Source: Polyangiaceae bacterium
GTDB lineage: Bacteria; Myxococcota_A; Polyangia; Polyangiales; Polyangiaceae
Direction: 5' to 3'
Assembly: GCA_044376115.1 (NCBI GenBank)
Contig: JBILLK010000008.1
Coordinates: forward strand, 321,560 to 385,559
Length of the DNA: 64,000 bases
In this document: positions 58,361 to 64,000 of the stretch, piece after piece
Numbering within the stretch: the stretch's first letter is position 1
Layout: each line of letters begins with the position of its first letter
Program-made: the position numbers and the translations under genes
Notes under the pieces: model-generated
The model's database searches: none
The model's input: only the letters and a program-made list of their open reading frames with translations
What the model was told of the DNA's origin: nothing

Positions 58361-59035
58361 TCAAGCGGGACGGAGCATGAACTCAACCACCGAGCTAATC
58401 TCCCGGCGCTGAGCGACCAGCAGCAACGTGGCCAACGGAGCGATCACCGAGTTGCCACGCGGGGCGCGAATCTCTCCGCTTGGCTCGTACAACCCAGCGA
58501 ATACGCAGGAGCGTGGGAACGCCGGGTCGGCCGCGATTTCACTGACTGTGCGCCCGGCGATCTGTGCACCCGGCGTCAATTGCAGCTCAAACGCCGCCGC
58601 CCCTCCGTTGCCCAGAAACATCGATGTACGTACGTTTTCGTGTTCAATCGCGGTAGCCAGTGCGCCGATAAAGACCTCGGTCTCGGAGATGATGCGGTCT
58701 ACGCCGGTATCCTTATAGATAGCGCGATAGGCCTCATCCTTTACCCGCACCATAATGCGTTTGGCTCCGCACGCCTTTGCCAGCGCGGCGAACGCGAGGT
58801 TGTCGGCGTCCCGCGGGAGCATTGCAACTGCCACATCCGCGCGCGGCATACCCGCGTCGCTTAGCAGCCGCGGGTCGGTGCCGTCACCGGCCAACGCGAC
58901 CAGCCCATGCATCTCGAATGCAGCCCGCGCGACGTCTGCGTCACGGTCCAGGAGCGTCACAGAGTGGCCCGCTCCAAGCAGGTGAATCGCGACGCTGAGC
59001 CCAGCTCGACCACCGCCTGCAATAACGACTTTCAA
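58361..59035 (-). CDS. TrkA-family RCK (NAD-binding + TrkA_C) regulatory subunit
   Basis: VVIAGGGRAG; GDGTD; DADNL; C-terminal TrkA_C (IAGRTVSEI, PRGNSVI). Confidence 0.88.
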   Translation of the reverse strand: MKVVIAGGGRAGLSVAIHLLGAGHSVTLLDRDADVARAAFEMHGLVALAGDGTDPRLLSDAGMPRADVAVAMLPRDADNLAFAALAKACGAKRIMVRVKDEAYRAIYKDTGVDRIISETEVFIGALATAIEHENVRTSMFLGNGGAAAFELQLTPGAQIAGRTVSEIAADPAFPRSCVFAGLYEPSGEIRAPRGNSVIAPLATLLLVAQRREISSVVEFMLRPA

Positions 59036-60555
59036 TGGCTACTCCCTTCAATATCCGCAGCCGCTATTCTGCGATCGCACTCTGCGATCGCGAGCTCGGC
59101 GACATCCCGCGCCACGAGACCACGTTGTGCGGCGTCCACCAGCGCAGCCTTTCGACCCACCATCAAGGTGGCCGCAACCAGCCGTTCCCGCTCCAGCGAG
59201 TTCGCCGCGCCGAGGATCTGCTCTGCCGCGATCATCTCCCGCTGGAGGGCGGCCTTGTGTGCCGCGTGCTCTGAGCGTGATACCAGCCCCGAGCCCAACA
59301 AGTTATCGAGATCCGACTGACCGCGCTTGGCGGCGATCAGTGTCGCCTTCGCGTGCTCCATCACCGGATCCGGCCCATTCAGCGTTACACGCAGCCAAAG
59401 CAATATGCGCTTGAACGGCAAACCCTGCGTTACCAGGGTAACGAAGGTTACGCCAAACACGATGGTCACCAACCTTTCGCGCCAGGGCAACGTCAGCGGG
59501 AGCGCCAATACAGCAGCCATCGAAAGAGCCCCCTTGATGTTGCCGGCAACCATGACGTGTTGCCACGAAAGCGGGATCCGTTCGCGGAACACCAGCCGCA
59601 GACCAGCGAATGAACCGTAAACGGCGAGCGCTCGACCAGCATGTAAAGCCAACAGCGCGGAAAGGATGGAGAAGCGCTCGGCGTAGAGGAGCTCCGCGCG
59701 GATTTGCATTCCGACCAGCAAAAAGAGAGCGACGTTGATGGCAAATCCGCAGGTCTCCCAAAAGCCACCGAGGGCCAGAAAGCGAGCGGGCTCGAGCGCC
59801 TTGCGAGCCGCCTGGCCGATCGAAAGACCGGCGACCACCACCGCGATGATGGGAGATGCGTGGACCCGCTCCGCGACCAGCGAGGTCCCAAACACGAGGA
59901 CGACCGAGGAGAGGATGACCGTCAGGTGGTCCGGTGCTCGGCGTAACACCACCCCGCCCAAGGCGCCAAACGCGCCGCCGATCAGGGCGCCACCGACGAT
60001 CGCAAGCAGCAGCGAGCGAACCGTCGCTCCAACGTCGAATACCCCGCTCGTGACGACCGCCGCGCACAGCCCCACGAGCACCAACGCGGTACCGTCATTG
60101 AAGAGGCTCTCCCCCTCCATGATAGCCGCGAGCCGAGCCGGCACCCTCGCCCCGCGAAAGGCCAGTAAAACACTCACTGTATCGGTAATGGCAAGCAACG
60201 CGCCCATCAACATCGCAATCGGAAGCGGCATTGACAGAACCTGTGTGGCAATCAGCCCGGTGGCGATGAGCGACAAACCAACGCCTGGGATGGCGAGCGC
60301 AAAGATCGGCCTGGATGCCAAGCGAAGCTGCTCTGTATCGGTAAAGAGCGCCGCCTCGAACACGAGCATTGGCAGAAAGACGAGCAACACGAGGTCAGGG
60401 TTGAGCGGGGCGCTTGGCAGCAGATCGAACAAGACCGCAAGTAGCCCGACCACGACCAGCACCACGTTGTACGGAAGACTCGCGCGCTTCGCGACGATGG
60501 TCATCGCGGCCCCAATGGCCAGCGCGAACATCAACGATTCAAGCTCTTCTCGCAT
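59032..60555 (-). CDS. CPA1 cation:proton antiporter (NhaP/NhaG-like)
   Basis: FLPMLVFEAA; TDTVSV; EGESLFNDG; FWE..F.IN..LF; GNIKGALS; TLVTQG. Confidence 0.92.
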   Translation of the reverse strand: MREELESLMFALAIGAAMTIVAKRASLPYNVVLVVVGLLAVLFDLLPSAPLNPDLVLLVFLPMLVFEAALFTDTEQLRLASRPIFALAIPGVGLSLIATGLIATQVLSMPLPIAMLMGALLAITDTVSVLLAFRGARVPARLAAIMEGESLFNDGTALVLVGLCAAVVTSGVFDVGATVRSLLLAIVGGALIGGAFGALGGVVLRRAPDHLTVILSSVVLVFGTSLVAERVHASPIIAVVVAGLSIGQAARKALEPARFLALGGFWETCGFAINVALFLLVGMQIRAELLYAERFSILSALLALHAGRALAVYGSFAGLRLVFRERIPLSWQHVMVAGNIKGALSMAAVLALPLTLPWRERLVTIVFGVTFVTLVTQGLPFKRILLWLRVTLNGPDPVMEHAKATLIAAKRGQSDLDNLLGSGLVSRSEHAAHKAALQREMIAAEQILGAANSLERERLVAATLMVGRKAALVDAAQRGLVARDVAELAIAECDRRIAAADIEGSSH

Positions 60556-60673
60556 GCTGCCTCCGGGCTCACGCCCGACGAGTAGCACGTCCTGCGCTCG
60601 CTTGTCCGCAGAGCGGCCACCCCATGGCCGGACATGGCGAGAACACCCAACGGAAGGATGCAAGCATGGGTCG

Positions 60674-63085
60674 ATGAGTCAACTAGCCCGATCGAAGAGA
60701 CCCTCGCGCCTTCGCCCAACCGCGGCCCTCCGGGGCATCTGCGCGACCACGCTTGCTTTGACCGCTACCGCCTGCGGGGACGACTCGACCGAGACCGCGC
60801 CCAAAGACTGCTTCGAGCTGGCAGACGGCAGCTGCGTCAAGGAGACGTTCGAGAACCCCAAGACGCTCGAACCCAACGCCGACGGCGTCTATGAACTGCA
60901 GCTTCAGCCGACCGAGTTCCTCTTAGACGGTAAGCGTCACTGTGGCAGGGGCTACAATGGCCAATACCCCGGACCTACCATCGACACCAAAGCAGCCAAG
61001 CCGGGCGAGCAACGCAAGGTTCGCGTCAATCTTCGCAACGGCTTTAGCAAGAATGACTACCAACCGGTAAGTGACGACGCAGAGGAGGTTTGCACCTGTA
61101 CCGACACGGAGAGCGGTGAGTCCTGCGCTAGCCACGGTCACGGGGGCAGCAGCACCTGCCAATGCACCAACACCGAGGGCGCGATCTGCCATGTGTTCGA
61201 CTTCAACACCACGAATCTGCACTTTCATGGCTCCCACGTGCGCCCCGACTACGCCGCGGGTGGCGGCTGTGAAGAGACCGACGAGCTCGGGTGCCGAACC
61301 TGCAGCGGAGATAGCCTAGGTGTGCGCGAGTGCTTTCACTCGGACAACGTATTGTCCCGAGTAGGTCCCGGAGAGGGCGTTCAACATCGCTATGACCTCG
61401 ATGAAGATGGCCTACATCACGCTGGGCTAAGTTGGTATCACCCGCATATTCACGGTACCACCGCCATCCAGGTCGCTGGCGGCGCGGCAGGCGCTTGGAT
61501 TGTGCGTGGCCCGCTCGACGAGATCCCGGGAATCAAGAATGCGCGCGAACGCGTCATGGTGCTGACCACCCCGCCGACCAACTACACCCCATTGGCGGAC
61601 GACGAGACGTGCGATGAAGACCACATTACCTTCAACAAGTTCGCGACGCTCAATGCCACGCCCAACGGCGTCAATCCACAGGCCAACCTCGTGAACGGCA
61701 TGCGGCGCCCGCGGCTGGTCATGCCCCCGGGACAAATCGAGCGTTGGCGCATCGTCGACGCTTCGTTCCTTGATGAGGCTCAGCTCGTGATTTTCAAGGG
61801 CAAAGACTCGAACTGCGAGGAGCTCGATCTTGCGGCTGGCCCCGTACCGCTAACCCAAATTGGGCGCGACGGCCTCGCGCTCCCCAAGCCTGCAGACGGT
61901 AAAGATTGGCCCTTTGCGCCGCCCTATATGTTTCTGTCCTCGGGCTACCGCGTAGAGGCGCTGCTCGACGGTAGCAAGCTATCTCATGGAGATACGCTAT
62001 GCGTGATGTCGGCGCGGGCCCTGCAAGAGGACACCACCGGCACTACGCCGGGGTTGGTTGGGACTCTTGAGCCGCCGACCGCAGAGGAGCTGCTCAAAGC
62101 GGCCGGAAACGGCGACCTTCTGGCAATCGTCAACGTAACGAATGCCGCCGGCACGCCGAGCGAAACCGAGATGCCCGACCTCACCCTCGTAGCCGCGGAG
62201 TCTCCGAGCATGATGTTGCAGAATGGCCAGACCGATGCGCTCGCAAAGTGCGAGGAGATCCGCGCCGTGAGCGATCTGAACCTGATCGATCAGCTCTCGG
62301 CGCTCTGGCTCCTCTTCTACAATACAGAGGGACTCGACAAATGCGGCTTTGAAGATCACAGCATCAACGCAAAGAACTTCGAGTCAACCGACCGCGAAAA
62401 GTATCCGTACGATCGCGTGCTCACCAAGGGAGCAGTCGACCATTGGCGCGTGGTGTCGGGCTTTGATGGTCACCCCTTCCACATTCATATCAACCCGTTC
62501 TTGGTCTGCCCGCTGCCGCCGGCCGGCTCGCCCGACCCGAACGCTGTCGGCAGACTGTTCGAGCCACCGTTTGCTCATTGGCGCGACACCTATCTCGTAA
62601 ACCTCAATCGCACGGGGGACTTTTTAACCGAGTATCGAGCCTTCACGGGGGACTTCGTTTATCACTGCCACAAGCTCACCCACGAAGATCACGGGATGAT
62701 GGAGCTGCTTCGCATCTGTGATCCCGAGACAGAGGCCTGCGACCAGCTTTGCGACGGTCAGCCTTGCAATTGGAACACGTGCGCCCCGGGGGATGACAAC
62801 TGCGAGCGCGGGCTCGTCGCGACCAAGTGCCTATTGGACCCGCTTGGCTACTGCCCCGAGGCTGCCCTGCGCTGCACGACCTGTGATAGCGAACAGTCTT
62901 GCCCTGCAGAAGCGCATTGTTCGGAGGAGCCAGGGCTGGACGACCTGACCCGTTGTGTTCCCGGCTGCCTCACACCGGAGGACTGCGCCATCACCGACAC
63001 GTGCAACGCTGGTAGCTGCGAACCGGCGCCGTGTGGACCGCCCTGCATGCCGCCGCAAATGTGCATTCACGGTAGCTGCGAGTAG
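60674..63085 (+). CDS. Cys-rich multicopper oxidase lipoprotein
   Basis: All four copper motifs: NLHFHG, WYHPHIHG, HPFHIH, YHCHKLTHEDHGMM; lipobox ATAC. Confidence 0.9.
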   Translation: MSQLARSKRPSRLRPTAALRGICATTLALTATACGDDSTETAPKDCFELADGSCVKETFENPKTLEPNADGVYELQLQPTEFLLDGKRHCGRGYNGQYPGPTIDTKAAKPGEQRKVRVNLRNGFSKNDYQPVSDDAEEVCTCTDTESGESCASHGHGGSSTCQCTNTEGAICHVFDFNTTNLHFHGSHVRPDYAAGGGCEETDELGCRTCSGDSLGVRECFHSDNVLSRVGPGEGVQHRYDLDEDGLHHAGLSWYHPHIHGTTAIQVAGGAAGAWIVRGPLDEIPGIKNARERVMVLTTPPTNYTPLADDETCDEDHITFNKFATLNATPNGVNPQANLVNGMRRPRLVMPPGQIERWRIVDASFLDEAQLVIFKGKDSNCEELDLAAGPVPLTQIGRDGLALPKPADGKDWPFAPPYMFLSSGYRVEALLDGSKLSHGDTLCVMSARALQEDTTGTTPGLVGTLEPPTAEELLKAAGNGDLLAIVNVTNAAGTPSETEMPDLTLVAAESPSMMLQNGQTDALAKCEEIRAVSDLNLIDQLSALWLLFYNTEGLDKCGFEDHSINAKNFESTDREKYPYDRVLTKGAVDHWRVVSGFDGHPFHIHINPFLVCPLPPAGSPDPNAVGRLFEPPFAHWRDTYLVNLNRTGDFLTEYRAFTGDFVYHCHKLTHEDHGMMELLRICDPETEACDQLCDGQPCNWNTCAPGDDNCERGLVATKCLLDPLGYCPEAALRCTTCDSEQSCPAEAHCSEEPGLDDLTRCVPGCLTPEDCAITDTCNAGSCEPAPCGPPCMPPQMCIHGSCE

Positions 63086-63106
63086 CGCCAACGAATGAAG
63101 CGTTGC

Positions 63107-63136
63107 GAGGCTCGGGGGCGTAGGTCCTCGAGCCTC
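63107..63136 (+). terminator. possible terminator or stabilising hairpin
   Basis: GAGGCTCGGGGG...TCCTCGAGCCTC stem after the oxidase stop; no clear U tract. Confidence 0.4.
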
Positions 63137-63201
63137 TGCGCTTGTGGGGTCAGTGCGGACACGCCGAGCGCAACAGCGATGAGGCCTGGTATCGTGCGGG
63201 C

Positions 63202-63747
63202 ATGCGCTTCGTTATTAGCTTTGGGCTCGTTCTCGTGACGTTCATTTCTGGGCTGCTGATGGGCTGTGGGGGCAACGTCGTTTTCGACGAGGCGAGTGAC
63301 GGTCAGGCCGGGTCGACCGCTGAATCTACCTCGCAAACCTCGGGCACTTTTCCAGATGGCACGATCACGCCTGTCGTCGATGAGCTGCAGCTCATAGCCA
63401 ATTGCATTCCCGATGTCGGCCCGGACCCCGTTTCAGGAACGGTCACGGTCACTTACTTCAATACCAGCGATGAGGCCCGCTCACTCGAGCTGCTTGGGGC
63501 CTCCCTGGGCTTTTCAACCGATGTGGAAGCATGGGTTTTCTTCGTGGAGTTCGACCCGACCTCCAGCGGACCTGTGCCTGCAAACAGCCAGACGACTGTC
63601 ATCCACGAGAAGACGAAGATGCAGGAAGACTCGTCCTTCATTTGCTCGCTTTGCGACCTGCCGATGACCGTGCAGCTGAGCTTTCGAAACGAGCAGGGCG
63701 GCGATATCATCGTCACCGAGAACACCAAGCTGGATTGCTCCTTCTAG
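63202..63747 (+). CDS. hypothetical lipoprotein
   Basis: Lipobox LMGC; four further Cys; beta-rich. Confidence 0.7.
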   Translation: MRFVISFGLVLVTFISGLLMGCGGNVVFDEASDGQAGSTAESTSQTSGTFPDGTITPVVDELQLIANCIPDVGPDPVSGTVTVTYFNTSDEARSLELLGASLGFSTDVEAWVFFVEFDPTSSGPVPANSQTTVIHEKTKMQEDSSFICSLCDLPMTVQLSFRNEQGGDIIVTENTKLDCSF

Positions 63748-63749
63748 CA

Positions 63750-64000
63750 GCGCTCTTCGAGAGAAGCGGCCGAAAGGCCCGTTGGTCCTTCCACCGGGCC
63801 CGAGTCATTCCGCCGAAGGCGGATGCAGCAAACAAAATGACTCGGGCGCTCTTCAATCGAATCGGCCGAAGGCCCCGTTGGTCCTTCCACCGGGCCCGAG
63901 TCATTCCGCCGAAGGCGGATGCAGCAAACAAAATGACTCGGGCGCTCTTCAATCGAATCGGCCGAAGGCCCCGTTGGTCCTTCCACCGGGCCCGAGTCAT
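63750..64000. repeat. tandem array of a 96-bp palindromic unit (at least 2.6 copies, truncated by the window edge)
   Basis: GTTGGTCCTTCC recurs at 63781, 63877 and 63973 (period 96); each unit has inverted arms GCCCGAGTCATT / AATGACTCGGGC plus two mini-hairpins. Confidence 0.95.

Noticed and set aside
59735..60673. 1116-aa giant multicopper oxidase
   Set aside because: The first ~313 aa are the antisense shadow of the antiporter; the true start is near 60674, ahead of the lipobox
63750..64000. CRISPR array
   Set aside because: Units are identical over the full 96 bp with no unique spacers, and no cas genes are present
63713..64000. ORFs with 32-aa repeats (and ORF 8898-9095)
   Set aside because: By-products of a repeat whose length is divisible by 3; the diverged copy has frame-shifting indels while keeping the stems

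Overview
High-GC, gene-dense bacterial DNA. The gene repertoire points to a myxobacterium, probably Polyangiaceae/Sorangiineae: Gly-linker lipoproteins, a MYXO-CTERM protein, a DUF1592/DUF1552 pair and a kinase-sigma54 hybrid. About 50 CDS are supported. Housekeeping genes include thyA-folA, trmO/tsaA, sua5/tsaC, a DEAD-box helicase, an acyl-CoA ligase, a PLP dehydratase and prkA. There are many secreted or lipoprotein enzymes (GH13 amylase, pectin-acetylesterase family, beta-helix protein, gluzincin, M15 peptidase, Cys-rich multicopper oxidase). A stand-alone type VI spike cassette (vgrG, DUF2169/pentapeptide, pentapeptide, DUF3540, DUF4150/PAAR) has no obvious effector. The most striking non-coding signal is a 96-bp structured repeat. 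It forms a tandem array at the right edge (63750-64000) and occurs as a diverged, inverted single copy at 8897-8992, with compensatory base changes in its stems. No tRNA, rRNA, CRISPR, transposase or integrase was seen. Family calls come from motif recognition, not database searches, and several start codons were trimmed relative to the ORF track.
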